A stretch of 56,688 nucleotides of DNA from a virus. Its lineage: Duplodnaviria > Caudoviricetes. Below are positions 15,691 through 25,208 of this stretch, piece by piece (position 1 is the first letter of the stretch; the number at the start of each line of letters is the position of its first letter). A program made the translations under genes and the position numbers. Under the pieces are notes generated by a model that saw only the letters and a list, made by a program, of their open reading frames with translations, did not search any database and was not told where the DNA came from. Location: IMG/VR virus record IMGVR_UViG_3300021408_000005, positions 1-56,688 of that record; one strand, written 5' to 3'.

Positions 15691-18600
15691 TGGGACCCCA
15701 CAACCTCAAGGCTTGGGACACTGGGGAAGTGAAGTCGTCCAGGGGCACGGCTATCTTCTGTTCCCTACATCATCATTCGACCTTCTCCTACTTGGACGGC
15801 TACGGCACCCCCGAGGACCACGTTCGGGCAGCAGCCGAGCTCGACATGTACGCAATGGCTCTGACTGAACACGGCAACGTGACGTCGCACGGCCAGCTCG
15901 AGAGGGCAGCTGACAAGTACAACGTCAAGCCGATCTTCGGATGCGAGTTCTACTGCGGGGACATAGGCGAAGGCGCAACCCAGAAGAAGAACCATCTGAC
16001 CGTGCTAGCCGTGGACCAGGCCGGCTATCGCAACCTGCTGCGCATGATCAGTGAGGCATGGGCCAAGGGTTTCTACTACCAGCCGACCATAGACGGCGCC
16101 ATGCTGAAGGAGTACAACGAAGGGCTCATCGTGATGTCGGGGTGCCAGGGTTCACTACTGGCTACGTCCCTGATCGGAGGCAAGAACATTGAGCCTGAGG
16201 ACGCCAGCTACGACCGAGCTCGTGGTGTAGCCAGACGCTTCAAGGATCTGCTAGGCGACCGGTACTACCTGGAATGCCAGGCCTTCCCCGAGCTCGACAA
16301 GACCAAAGACATCAACGCCGGGTTACGGCAGATAGCTTCTGAGCTCAGCATTCCCTTAGTGGCAACGCTGGACGCTCACTACACGGCGCCGGCTGAAGGC
16401 AGGATGCAAGCCATCCTCCACAACGTACGTGCGGGACACAGGAAGACTCTCGAGCAGCTAGATCAGTCCTGGGGCTACGACGTACCGCTGTGCCCACTGA
16501 GTGATAAGGACGTCTATCAGCGGCTGCGTCATACCGGTCTGTCCAGGGTCGAAGCAGAGGGCGCCGTACGCAACACCAGGGTCATAGCAGAGCGTTGTTC
16601 GGTCCGACTGCCCAAGGTGGCCAATCTGCGCTATCCGTTGCCGCCCGGAGTGCCGGACAGTTTGACGCTGTTCCGCAAGTGGGTGAACGATGGCTGGAAG
16701 TTCCGGGGCTTTCCCACGCTCCCTCCCGCAGAACAGCGGCGCTACATCGACCAGGCCAAGTATGAGATGGCCATGATTGAGGAGAAGGACTTTGTCGACT
16801 ACTTCCTCCATACCGCAGACGCCGCCGTCTATGCTAAGGATATGGGAATCCCTGTCGGCCCAGCCCGGGGGTCTGCGGCCGCTAGCCTCGTGTGCTATCT
16901 ACTTCGTATTACAGAAGTCAATCCCATGCTCTTCCCTACCCTTCTGTTTGAAAGGTTCATCGACAAGAACCGCCACGACCTGCCCGATATTGATCTGGAC
17001 TTCGATGATGAGCTCAGGTATCTCGTACGTGACTATCTCGCCGAGAAGTACGGGCAAGACCGAGTTGGGAACATAGGGACGTTCACTCAGTACAAGGGCA
17101 AGAACAGTCTTGACGATGTCCAGCGTGCCGCTTATCCAGATGACTGGGAGTGCAAGCGTGCGGTGGAGACTGTCAAGTCTCTACTGATAGAGCGCCGACC
17201 TGGCGACCTGCGGACCAACGCCACCATTGAAGACAGCATAGAAATGTTCCCTCAGGTTGCCGAAGTGTTTGAGAGGTATCCAGAGCTATGGCGTGCTACC
17301 GACTTGGAGGGAAACGTACGAGGTTTCAGCGTTCACGCCGCCGGACTTGTCGTTGCAAACGAACCGCTCAGCAACTTCTGCGCCATGTACGTGCGGACAG
17401 ATGCAGACGGCAAGGTCAAGCTAGACGAGTCGGGCGAGCAGATGATGGTGGTAAGCCTTGACAAGATAGATGCCGAGTACATGGGTGCTATGAAAGATGA
17501 CTTTCTAGGGCTGAAGACCATGGCCATGGTCCGCATAGCACTTGAGAACATTGGTATGTCTCTCAACGATCTGTACAACATTCCCCTTGACGACGAGATC
17601 ACCATCGATGGCTTCCGACGGGGCGACGTCATCGGAGTCTTCCAGTACGACGGCAGGGCTACGGCTCAGGTGAACGCCGGCGTCAAGCCCGACAACTTCT
17701 TTGAGATCGCTGACATCAACGCACTGTCCCGACCTGGCCCGCTTCACTCAGGGGCTACCGGGCAGTACATCGACGTCAAGCACGGCCGAGCTGAGCCGAT
17801 GCACTATCACAAGATCATTGACGACATCACGGTACACACTCAGTATCAGGTCGTCTATCAGGAACAGATCCTACAGATCGTGAGGGACCTTGGCGGATTC
17901 TCCTGGGAAGAGGCGGCCCGTATCCGCAAGATCATCAGCAAGAAGCGGGGAGAACAAGAGTTCAACACCATGCGAGCCAAGTTCAAGTCCGGAGCAGCCA
18001 AGCACGGACTCGACTCTGAAGATGCAGATCGTGTGTTTAGTATGTTGGCAACGGCAGGAGCGTACGCCTTCAATGCTGCGCATTGTGTCTCATACGGAAT
18101 GCTTGCGTACTGGACCATGTGGCTCAAGCAGCATCACACAACCGCCTTCTATGTAGCTTGCCTGACCAAGTATAAGGATAAGAAGAACCGATTACTGAAG
18201 CGCTTCGAATCCAAGATCAACTACATCCTTCGTGACGCCAAGGCGCACGACATCGAGATACAACCTCTGACTCCGTACTGCGAGGCGGAGTGGAGTGTGA
18301 CAGGGCCGAAGTCCATCGTGCCGGGCTTCTGTCAAGTACCGGGTATAGGCTCAAAGACAGCAGCCAACATCCTCAACACCCCTGATCTTGAAACCTGGGA
18401 AGACTTCATTCAGGTCAAGGGCATCGGAGCCAAGACGGTTGATCTGCTGTGGGACTTCGCCGAGAACCCGGACCCCTTCAACCTCAATGAGCTGGAAGAA
18501 CGCATCACGCCAGTGCGCAAGCAGCTGACCCTCAAGGGCGGAGTGTGGGCCACGGACTACGAGGGCGTGTTCACAGGCGTGCCGGAGCAGTCCTATCGGC

Positions 18601-19007
18601 TGCCACGCCCCACCCACCGCTCCGCAGACGTGCCGTACGACAAGGGCGCCGATGAGCCTGTTGTCTGGTGCGGGGTCATCCGGGACTTCAACCTGAAGGA
18701 TCTGTTCGAGCTCCACCATTCACGTACTGGTGAAGTACTGGACCCGGCTACCGTGAAGGATCCACATCTGTTCGAGTACATGGTCATGACCGGCGAGGAC
18801 GAGACAGAAGTTGTCATCGTTACGGTTGACCGTTGGGCCTGGCCCAAGTGGAAAGAGGAGGTCTGGTCAATCAACTTGGATTCGGATGTGGTACTAGTAC
18901 GGGGCGTCAAGAAGGGCTATCAGGCCCGACGTGCCATCTACGTAACCCATCTGTGGGTTATGCAAACAGCACAAGAAGAAGCAACGGAGGATGAAGATGT
19001 CGCTTGA
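15690..19007 (+). CDS. dnaE: DNA polymerase III alpha subunit
   Basis: PHP (LHHHSTFSYLDG), ARGSAAAS, PDIDLDF, HAAG, DFLGL, YAFNAAH. Confidence 0.97.
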   Translation: MGPHNLKAWDTGEVKSSRGTAIFCSLHHHSTFSYLDGYGTPEDHVRAAAELDMYAMALTEHGNVTSHGQLERAADKYNVKPIFGCEFYCGDIGEGATQKKNHLTVLAVDQAGYRNLLRMISEAWAKGFYYQPTIDGAMLKEYNEGLIVMSGCQGSLLATSLIGGKNIEPEDASYDRARGVARRFKDLLGDRYYLECQAFPELDKTKDINAGLRQIASELSIPLVATLDAHYTAPAEGRMQAILHNVRAGHRKTLEQLDQSWGYDVPLCPLSDKDVYQRLRHTGLSRVEAEGAVRNTRVIAERCSVRLPKVANLRYPLPPGVPDSLTLFRKWVNDGWKFRGFPTLPPAEQRRYIDQAKYEMAMIEEKDFVDYFLHTADAAVYAKDMGIPVGPARGSAAASLVCYLLRITEVNPMLFPTLLFERFIDKNRHDLPDIDLDFDDELRYLVRDYLAEKYGQDRVGNIGTFTQYKGKNSLDDVQRAAYPDDWECKRAVETVKSLLIERRPGDLRTNATIEDSIEMFPQVAEVFERYPELWRATDLEGNVRGFSVHAAGLVVANEPLSNFCAMYVRTDADGKVKLDESGEQMMVVSLDKIDAEYMGAMKDDFLGLKTMAMVRIALENIGMSLNDLYNIPLDDEITIDGFRRGDVIGVFQYDGRATAQVNAGVKPDNFFEIADINALSRPGPLHSGATGQYIDVKHGRAEPMHYHKIIDDITVHTQYQVVYQEQILQIVRDLGGFSWEEAARIRKIISKKRGEQEFNTMRAKFKSGAAKHGLDSEDADRVFSMLATAGAYAFNAAHCVSYGMLAYWTMWLKQHHTTAFYVACLTKYKDKKNRLLKRFESKINYILRDAKAHDIEIQPLTPYCEAEWSVTGPKSIVPGFCQVPGIGSKTAANILNTPDLETWEDFIQVKGIGAKTVDLLWDFAENPDPFNLNELEERITPVRKQLTLKGGVWATDYEGVFTGVPEQSYRLPRPTHRSADVPYDKGADEPVVWCGVIRDFNLKDLFELHHSRTGEVLDPATVKDPHLFEYMVMTGEDETEVVIVTVDRWAWPKWKEEVWSINLDSDVVLVRGVKKGYQARRAIYVTHLWVMQTAQEEATEDEDVA

Positions 19008-19611
19008 CAATCCCGTACCCATGAAGCCCGAAGGCGTGGCGGGTCGCATCAAGACCTACACGGAGAACCAGGTCAGCTACTCACTGTTGCGTCGGGCTAT
19101 GAGGGTTGGCAACAAGGCCGAGTCTGAACTGGCCTTGACGTGTGGTCTGAGCGTGGACGTGGACGAGGTTGCCATCCTGTTCAACAACGAGAGTCAGCTG
19201 CAACAGTTCTCCAACGACATCCACCGCCAGTACGGCTGGCACATCTTCAACGTGGTGGAGTCCGGGCTGGTCAACGAGGTGGGCCTGAGGGGCAGCCACC
19301 AGCAAGACAGCTACGAGGCCACGTACGTCTTCGTGTCGCACCTGCTGGTTCCCGGCATCCGGTTGGAGCTGATGCTGGTCAGGAGTGGGCAGGCGTCCCT
19401 CCACGACGACGTCAGCGACCCCAGGATCATGCATGCCAGCTGGAAGACTCCCAGCTTGGAGGCCTACGAGTCCCACATGCGGACGCTGGACGACCAGTTG
19501 GTCCCCATCGCCAAGGAGTACGTGAGCGACTACGGCCGGTTCAGCTACTGGGGCCACGAAGCCCCGTACCTCAAGCCCCGAGTCAACCTGCGTGACCAGG
19601 CAAGCGGCTAG
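18991..19611 (+). CDS. Hypothetical protein, possibly VOC/glyoxalase-like
   Basis: 'RLELM' and 'MHASWK..SLEAYE' resemble VOC strands; weak. Confidence 0.55.
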   Translation: MKMSLDNPVPMKPEGVAGRIKTYTENQVSYSLLRRAMRVGNKAESELALTCGLSVDVDEVAILFNNESQLQQFSNDIHRQYGWHIFNVVESGLVNEVGLRGSHQQDSYEATYVFVSHLLVPGIRLELMLVRSGQASLHDDVSDPRIMHASWKTPSLEAYESHMRTLDDQLVPIAKEYVSDYGRFSYWGHEAPYLKPRVNLRDQASG

Positions 19612-19628
19612 AAGTCCTTCATCAACAC

Positions 19629-19657
19629 TTGCTAACTACCTACCCATACGCTACGTT
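19629..19657 (+). promoter_or_regulatory. Sigma-70-type promoter
   Basis: TTGCTA-N17-TACGTT. Confidence 0.55.
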
Positions 19658-19690
19658 GCGTGCCGACACCAAACCTTGAAAGGAAGCGCA

Positions 19691-20089
19691 ATGACTGACA
19701 CCAACGACCGGGTCGGCCCGGAGCCCACCAACTGGGACGCTCCTCCCCGACCTGTTCACGTCCAGGAGTTCAACAAGGAGCCCGCTGGGACCGACTACGC
19801 CAGCTGGGCGTTCCTGACCGGGATGGTCGGGCTGTTCCTGGGCGTGGTCGTGCCGGCCATCAACTGGTACTTCCCGCTCCTGCCGTCCGCTCTCGCTGTC
19901 GGGCTGGCCATCCACGCCATGAAGCACCACACTCCCCGCAAGGGCATGGTCTTCTTCGGCCTGGTCGGCGGCGTGCTGGGGCTGCTGTGCACCCTCGACC
20001 TGTACACGATGTACAACGACGCCATGAACCAGCTCAGCTGCGTCGAAGAGGCTCCTACCCTGGGTGCGATGGCGGAGTGTGATGGCTGA
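19691..20089 (+). CDS. Membrane protein (DUF4190-like)
   Basis: GAAAGGA SD; 2-3 hydrophobic segments. Confidence 0.65.
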   Translation: MTDTNDRVGPEPTNWDAPPRPVHVQEFNKEPAGTDYASWAFLTGMVGLFLGVVVPAINWYFPLLPSALAVGLAIHAMKHHTPRKGMVFFGLVGGVLGLLCTLDLYTMYNDAMNQLSCVEEAPTLGAMAECDG

Positions 20090-20801
20090 CCTTCTCGTCA
20101 TCGGCGCACGCCAGGATAGCATCGGCGAAGCCGTCGTGGAGCAGGCCCAGGCCAGCGGCTGGCGAGTCAACACTGTGGGGATCGAGGAAGAGGAACTCTA
20201 CATCGACCTGAACAGCCAGAACCTGGAACTTGGCATGATCATGCAAGGATTGATGCTTGCTGGCTATCACGCTGTGGTCTGCACTGCCGGCATCAACGAG
20301 GAGTCGTCAATCCTGCGGCCCCTGGATCGGCGCCACATGGGCGTGAACTACCACGGCCACATGCTGGCCCTGACCCACTGGCTGCGGTACTGGGATGCTC
20401 ACCCGGAGCTGCATGGCGTCGTTCCACCTGCTGCCCTGCACTGGGTCAGCGTGTCGAGCAACAGCGCACACATCGCCCGGAGCCAGTCGCTGTCCTACTG
20501 CGCCAGCAAGGCGGCTCTGTCCATGGGCATTCGCTGTGCGGCTCGTGAGATGGCCGACAAGGGACCGTACGCTATCTACGGCTACGAACCCGGCTGGGTG
20601 GACGACACACCCATGAGCGAGGATGTGGAGCGTCGCCTGGATCGTGAGGCAGGGGCGATGATGAGGGGTACCCAGCTCCACCGCATCCCTGGCGGCAACA
20701 CCATGCACCGTGCGGTCCTGGCTTCGATCATCGTCGACAACCTGGCCCGAGGCACTTCTCTCAACGGCTGCATGATCCGGCTGGACGGAGGGGAGCAGTG
20801 A
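20082..20801 (+). CDS. Short-chain dehydrogenase/reductase
   Basis: IGA..DSIG, CTAGIN, VSS, YCASK, LDGG. Confidence 0.9.
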   Translation: MADLLVIGARQDSIGEAVVEQAQASGWRVNTVGIEEEELYIDLNSQNLELGMIMQGLMLAGYHAVVCTAGINEESSILRPLDRRHMGVNYHGHMLALTHWLRYWDAHPELHGVVPPAALHWVSVSSNSAHIARSQSLSYCASKAALSMGIRCAAREMADKGPYAIYGYEPGWVDDTPMSEDVERRLDREAGAMMRGTQLHRIPGGNTMHRAVLASIIVDNLARGTSLNGCMIRLDGGEQ

Positions 20802-20802
20802 C

Positions 20803-20886
20803 ATGACTGTCACCCTGATCTTCATCGGCATCGGTCTCACGATCGGCACTGGCATTGCCCTTATCGCAGGGTGCGTAGCGGGATGA
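20803..20886 (+). CDS. 27-aa hydrophobic peptide
   Basis: MTVTLIFIGIGLTIGTGIALIAGCVAG with an SD; ATGA-coupled to the next ORF. Confidence 0.45.
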   Translation: MTVTLIFIGIGLTIGTGIALIAGCVAG

Positions 20887-21116
20887 ACGACTGGCAGCTC
20901 TGGTACTTGTTGGTGGTCCTAGTCATCACGATGATGATGGTTGGGCACAAGGGTGGCGGCGTGCTCGATATGGCCGTCGTGTACGTGTTGGTGTTCTTCG
21001 GGTTGCCGTTGGTACTAGGGTTTGCCGGGCTGTACTTCCTACTGTGCCTTCTCAGCGGCACCCCTCGTCCTCCTCGCAGTTCCCGCACGTCCGACTACGG
21101 AGAAGCGCAGCAGTAG
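20883..21116 (+). CDS. Small membrane protein
   Basis: Two hydrophobic helices. Confidence 0.55.
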   Translation: MNDWQLWYLLVVLVITMMMVGHKGGGVLDMAVVYVLVFFGLPLVLGFAGLYFLLCLLSGTPRPPRSSRTSDYGEAQQ

Positions 21117-21121
21117 TTCAC

Positions 21122-21190
21122 GGGTCGTCAGAGTAAGCCGTCCACCCCCAGTGCGGCAGGCTGACAACTGGTTCGAGTCCAGACGACCCA
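21122..21190 (+). ncRNA. Atypical tRNA-like element
   Basis: GGGTCGT/ACGACCC-A acceptor and CTGG-TTCGAGT-CCAG T arm; no canonical D or anticodon arm. Confidence 0.55.
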
Positions 21191-21378
21191 CTTAGAATGG
21201 AGAGGGGGTGGCATTAATGAGACAGATCGACACCAACGAGTTCTGATACTGCCTCCGCCGTCGGCGAGGATGGTCACGCTCCGCACTTGGGTGCCGTAGA
21301 TTCATGATCTAGGGCGTGACGCTTATGAAACGCTTAGGTCTCTTAGTACTTCTTATGATTATCGGAGGTCAACTGGCT

Positions 21379-21693
21379 ATGGCCAAGAAGCTTCGTAAGG
21401 TTGAGGTTGATCTTAGCCGCTACAACGAAGGCCCCAAGCTTCCCGAGCGCTACAACGACGGGTCGACTGGATGGCATCTCCCCAACGATGTGCCGGTCTA
21501 TGGCAGGGCGCATCGCCTTCTGGGTCCCACTGCGGATGGGGAGAGTGAGGGCCTGAAAGGGTGGACGGTCGAGCTCGACGCCTGGACCTTCGGGGTGAAG
21601 GTGTTCCTGCGCATCGGCATGGACAGCACCATGAAGCTGTTCATCCAAGAGGGCGACGACAAGCCTATCAAGTTGGAGGAGTGGGACAAGTGA
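21379..21693 (+). CDS. Hypothetical protein
   Basis: GGAGG SD before MAKKLRK. Confidence 0.65.
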   Translation: MAKKLRKVEVDLSRYNEGPKLPERYNDGSTGWHLPNDVPVYGRAHRLLGPTADGESEGLKGWTVELDAWTFGVKVFLRIGMDSTMKLFIQEGDDKPIKLEEWDK

Positions 21694-21784
21694 CCTGGCA
21701 AGACTTGCTGAGCGTAGCCGGTTGGGCTGGTGTAGGCCTGTGTGGCGCCATCTGGGCCTACTCCCACATCCGTTGGGGGAACCG

Positions 21785-21952
21785 ATGAGTCGGGTTGTTC
21801 AGTCACTAGAGGACGAGTACAGCAAGACGTTCCAGCTGTACCTGTACACTCCCAAGTGGAACTTCATCGTTAGGTTCTTCCGTTACCGCAAGTCGATGGC
21901 GTGGCTGAAGGCCATGTCTGAGACCATCAAGTGGGAGATCACTCATGGCTGA
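21785..21952 (+). CDS. Hypothetical protein
   Basis: ATGA-coupled small ORF. Confidence 0.45.
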   Translation: MSRVVQSLEDEYSKTFQLYLYTPKWNFIVRFFRYRKSMAWLKAMSETIKWEITHG

Positions 21953-22142
21953 GCCCGTCAGTACCTGGCCGGTCGGCAAGCGTCCGCTCAACAGCGTACA
22001 TCTCGAGCCGTGCGACGGCTGCGACCACTCGTGGCCCGAAGACAAGCTGCATCGAGTCGAGATCGGCGACAAGAAGCAGAAGCTGTGCGACGTCTGCTGC
22101 CCCAACTGCTTCGGAGGAGAAGGCAATGGCCCTGCAACCTGA
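21945..22142 (+). CDS. Small zinc-finger protein
   Basis: CDGC..CDVC..C. Confidence 0.55.
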   Translation: MAEPVSTWPVGKRPLNSVHLEPCDGCDHSWPEDKLHRVEIGDKKQKLCDVCCPNCFGGEGNGPAT

Positions 22143-22419
22143 ACTTGAGGGCGGCACTGATGCCGAGTTCAACTACGTGCGAACCAAGCACCACATGCAC
22201 TCCTTCAGGGTCCAACCCAGTAAGGAGCCTGGCGGCTACATGGCGGCGATGGTCGGGGCCAACCTGGTGCGCCCGTGGGCTACCGCCATCGTGCTGTTCG
22301 CCGAGGAGATGAACGACGGCTACCTGTATGTGTCGTGGGTGGACGAGGGCTTGCGTTCCCCCGAGCCCCCTCCGCCTGTGGATCTGTACGGGCTGGCTCT
22401 TCCGGTGGTGGACGGATGA
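22126..22419 (+). CDS. Hypothetical protein
   Basis: GGAGGAG SD before MALQPEL. Confidence 0.55.
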   Translation: MALQPELEGGTDAEFNYVRTKHHMHSFRVQPSKEPGGYMAAMVGANLVRPWATAIVLFAEEMNDGYLYVSWVDEGLRSPEPPPPVDLYGLALPVVDG

Positions 22420-22724
22420 GGGTCTCCCACAGTACATACGAGGCCATGGTCAAGGAACTACAGACCTACCGTCTGTTCTGTGCTGAGGCCTTCTGGGAGG
22501 ACGTCGGCTTGGGCCTGTGGAATGACCCCAGGTTCGAGCACATCCGTGAGCAGGCCAAGGCAGACGCAGACCCCGACAACCCTGACTTCCTAGTGTGTCG
22601 TGGAGGACCGATGCAAGAGAAGATCAAGGCCACGTACTACCACACAGTCGAGCCCGGCAAGCAGTGCCAGCATCTCTGGCACTACGACTGCCCGGCAGGC
22701 TGTCACAAGCCCAAGGAGGCATAG
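22416..22724 (+). CDS. Hypothetical protein
   Basis: ATGA-coupled ORF. Confidence 0.55.
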   Translation: MRVSHSTYEAMVKELQTYRLFCAEAFWEDVGLGLWNDPRFEHIREQAKADADPDNPDFLVCRGGPMQEKIKATYYHTVEPGKQCQHLWHYDCPAGCHKPKEA

Positions 22725-22726
22725 CA

Positions 22727-23281
22727 ATGAGCGCATGGGACGATGCAAGCGCAGACCCCAGCGACAAGAAGAACCCGTACATCAAGCCTGACCTCGACCC
22801 CTTCGAGAAGACCAAGGATGGCATTAGGAAGGCTGGGGCGGACTTCTTGTACGAGATGCAGAACTTGGGCAAGCAGGTCAGGGAAGAGGCCACTGCCGGC
22901 GTGCTCAAGTCCATGATGGCCGAGGTCGAGACGGTCCACGCTGACCGGCTTGCTGCTGCCGGCATGGGGCAAGAGCGCCTGCACCGACAGGTTCCGACCG
23001 ATTGCGCTCACCTGCACGCCGAGGTGTCAGAGATCTTCGAAGCTTGGCGCAAGGGACTGACCGGCCCAGACCTGGTTCTGACCGAGGACGGCATCCGGCA
23101 TGTAGCCAGTGTGGATATGGGGCCAGCCAAGCCTGTGGGTACGCACGCTGAGGCAGCTGACGTCCTCATCCGGCTGCTGGACTTCTGTAACCGCAACAAC
23201 ATCGACCTTCACAAGCAGTACCGGCGTGTGATGGACTACAACGCCGGTCGTGACTGGACCAAGGAGGGCAAGCGCTCATGA
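22727..23281 (+). CDS. MazG-like nucleotide pyrophosphohydrolase
   Basis: HAEVSEIFEAWRK..EAADVLIRLLD..MDYNAGR. Confidence 0.8.
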   Translation: MSAWDDASADPSDKKNPYIKPDLDPFEKTKDGIRKAGADFLYEMQNLGKQVREEATAGVLKSMMAEVETVHADRLAAAGMGQERLHRQVPTDCAHLHAEVSEIFEAWRKGLTGPDLVLTEDGIRHVASVDMGPAKPVGTHAEAADVLIRLLDFCNRNNIDLHKQYRRVMDYNAGRDWTKEGKRS

Positions 23282-23793
23282 CTTATCAGTTCCAGACAAC
23301 GATCAACGGGGTCAGCATGGGCTACTCCGAGATTGACAATGAGCACTACGTCATCAAGTACAGCTTGGAGGACTGCACAGTCGGCATGAGTCGTGCTGCG
23401 ATCAAGACTGCTCTCCGCAAGGGGAAGAGGGGAGACCCGAGGAAGTGTCATCTGTCGGTGGCGGTAATGGCCGACAAGACTAACGGGGTGATCGAGACAG
23501 CTTTCCTGACAACGCACACTTACTTGAGGTACGCCAGTGATCCGCAGGTCTGGAAGAAGTTCCGTAACTCAGCTGCCACCCAGCGCTTCATTCAGGGCTT
23601 CGACCGAGGTAACGAACCCCTGGCTTCTGCCGATGGCTTCGTGTATGTGGAGCTACATGCTGTCCCGCCTTCGGAGCAACCGGATAGGACGGGCGACTCC
23701 GGCTCTCAGTCCAAGAAGCGCAAGCCACCCCAGAAGACCACTCGGTTATCTCGTGTTCAGGCCGCAGCAAAGTTCTCGGAGAAGGCAAGATGA
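23278..23793 (+). CDS. Hypothetical protein
   Basis: ATGA-coupled on both sides. Confidence 0.7.
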   Translation: MTYQFQTTINGVSMGYSEIDNEHYVIKYSLEDCTVGMSRAAIKTALRKGKRGDPRKCHLSVAVMADKTNGVIETAFLTTHTYLRYASDPQVWKKFRNSAATQRFIQGFDRGNEPLASADGFVYVELHAVPPSEQPDRTGDSGSQSKKRKPPQKTTRLSRVQAAAKFSEKAR

Positions 23794-24854
23794 CTGACAA
23801 GACCCCCAGCGATCGCTTGCGTGCGTTCGAGGACAAGATGGAACGGGAGGCCGATCCTGAGCTGCATCCCCTACCCATCAAGTGGGGCGATGCCCAGCAG
23901 TTCAACCAAGAGCTGTTCGAGGAGCCCCAGCAAGACGGAGGTGGCGTCGAGCCGAAGGTCACGCTGCTGTCCATGACTCCGGAGCCGCTCCGGGCCATCG
24001 CTGCCATGTGCGCCATGTACGAGGGCCGTGTGGTGCGTGACCTGGCCGACCTGGACGAGGACTACGTCCGGCAGAAGTGGGCCGACGTGCTGGCTACGCA
24101 CCTGGACACTCCGTTGGAGGCCGTGCAACTGCACTTTCTGATCGAAGGGGTTGACCGGGCCTTCACCCACCAGTTGGTGCGGCAGCGTGTCGGGGCTGCC
24201 TACGCCCAGGAGTCGCTTCGCTTCGCTGTAGTGGAAGACCTGAAGTCTGCGACCACCCTCCCGCCCTCCCTCGCAGGCACCAAGCCTCTTGGTTTGCACG
24301 GTCCGGACGAAGGCCCCATCAGCAAAGAGCAGGACTGGCGCAACGTCTGGGAGCGTGTTCTCTCTGAGATCGACTGGGGTTACCGGCGCCTGGTGGATAG
24401 CGGGATGCCTGCGGAGGAGGCGAGGGGGCTGTTACCGCACTGCACGGCCACTCGCATCCACTACGTCACCAACCTACGTGCCCTGAGCGATCACGCCGGC
24501 AACCGGCTATGCACGCAGGCTCAGTTCCACTGGCGCCTAGTGTTCGCACAGATCATCGACGCCATCCGGAACTACATGGGTCCGGGAGCAGGGCCGTCAA
24601 GGTGGCAGTACGAGGCCATCGCCGATAGTGCGTTGTTCCGGCCGGTCTGCTTCAAGCTGGGTCGCTGTCCGTTCAAGGCGTCGTTCGACCGGGCCTGCTC
24701 CATCCGTGAGCGGGTGGATGCCAATGCTGCATTGGGGCGTCCTAGCGTGCAGTGGCACGTTGAGTCCAAGCCTCCCGAGGGCCTAGGCATCAACCCCATC
24801 CCCGCCATCCAGCCTGCCGAGTGGCTGGCCAACCCAGGGGCTGCTCGTGCCTAG
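23790..24854 (+). CDS. thyX: Flavin-dependent thymidylate synthase-like protein (variant)
   Basis: RAFTHQLVRQR..QESLRF, EEARGLLP, NLRAL..RLCTQAQ. Confidence 0.85.
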   Translation: MTDKTPSDRLRAFEDKMEREADPELHPLPIKWGDAQQFNQELFEEPQQDGGGVEPKVTLLSMTPEPLRAIAAMCAMYEGRVVRDLADLDEDYVRQKWADVLATHLDTPLEAVQLHFLIEGVDRAFTHQLVRQRVGAAYAQESLRFAVVEDLKSATTLPPSLAGTKPLGLHGPDEGPISKEQDWRNVWERVLSEIDWGYRRLVDSGMPAEEARGLLPHCTATRIHYVTNLRALSDHAGNRLCTQAQFHWRLVFAQIIDAIRNYMGPGAGPSRWQYEAIADSALFRPVCFKLGRCPFKASFDRACSIRERVDANAALGRPSVQWHVESKPPEGLGINPIPAIQPAEWLANPGAARA

Positions 24855-25023
24855 CAAGTGTATCCACGATCCCGAGGAAGGATGCTGGCGTTGTTGCGTT
24901 CAGTGCGATCTCGGCGGGCACACCTGCCTTGGCTGTGGCCAGCCGATATCTCACGGCCAGTACGCCTGCGCCATCTGCCGGACTGAAGAGCAGCGGGATA
25001 CTACGTACCCGCCAGCCATCTGA
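24847..25023 (+). CDS. Small Cys-rich protein
   Basis: GTG ORF with several CxxC motifs, translated by hand. Confidence 0.4.
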   Translation: MPSKCIHDPEEGCWRCCVQCDLGGHTCLGCGQPISHGQYACAICRTEEQRDTTYPPAI

Positions 25024-25208
25024 TGGGAGACCTGCCAGATATGGACTGGCCTAGCTTCTGGGCTGGGTATGGACTGGCCTTGCTGTTGGTCGTGATCTTC
25101 ATGGCCGTTACAAGTGGAGGAGAGGATTGATGAAGAAGTACCTCGTTGCGTTTGCGGTCGGCTTCGTAGCTGCCGTGATGGTCGACTACGTGAAGGGGGT
25201 GGGTGGCC

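Noticed and set aside
15690-19007. Intein or intron in dnaE, terL or the primase-helicase
   Set aside because: Lengths are ordinary, motifs are contiguous, and no intein-end or homing-endonuclease signature was noticed.
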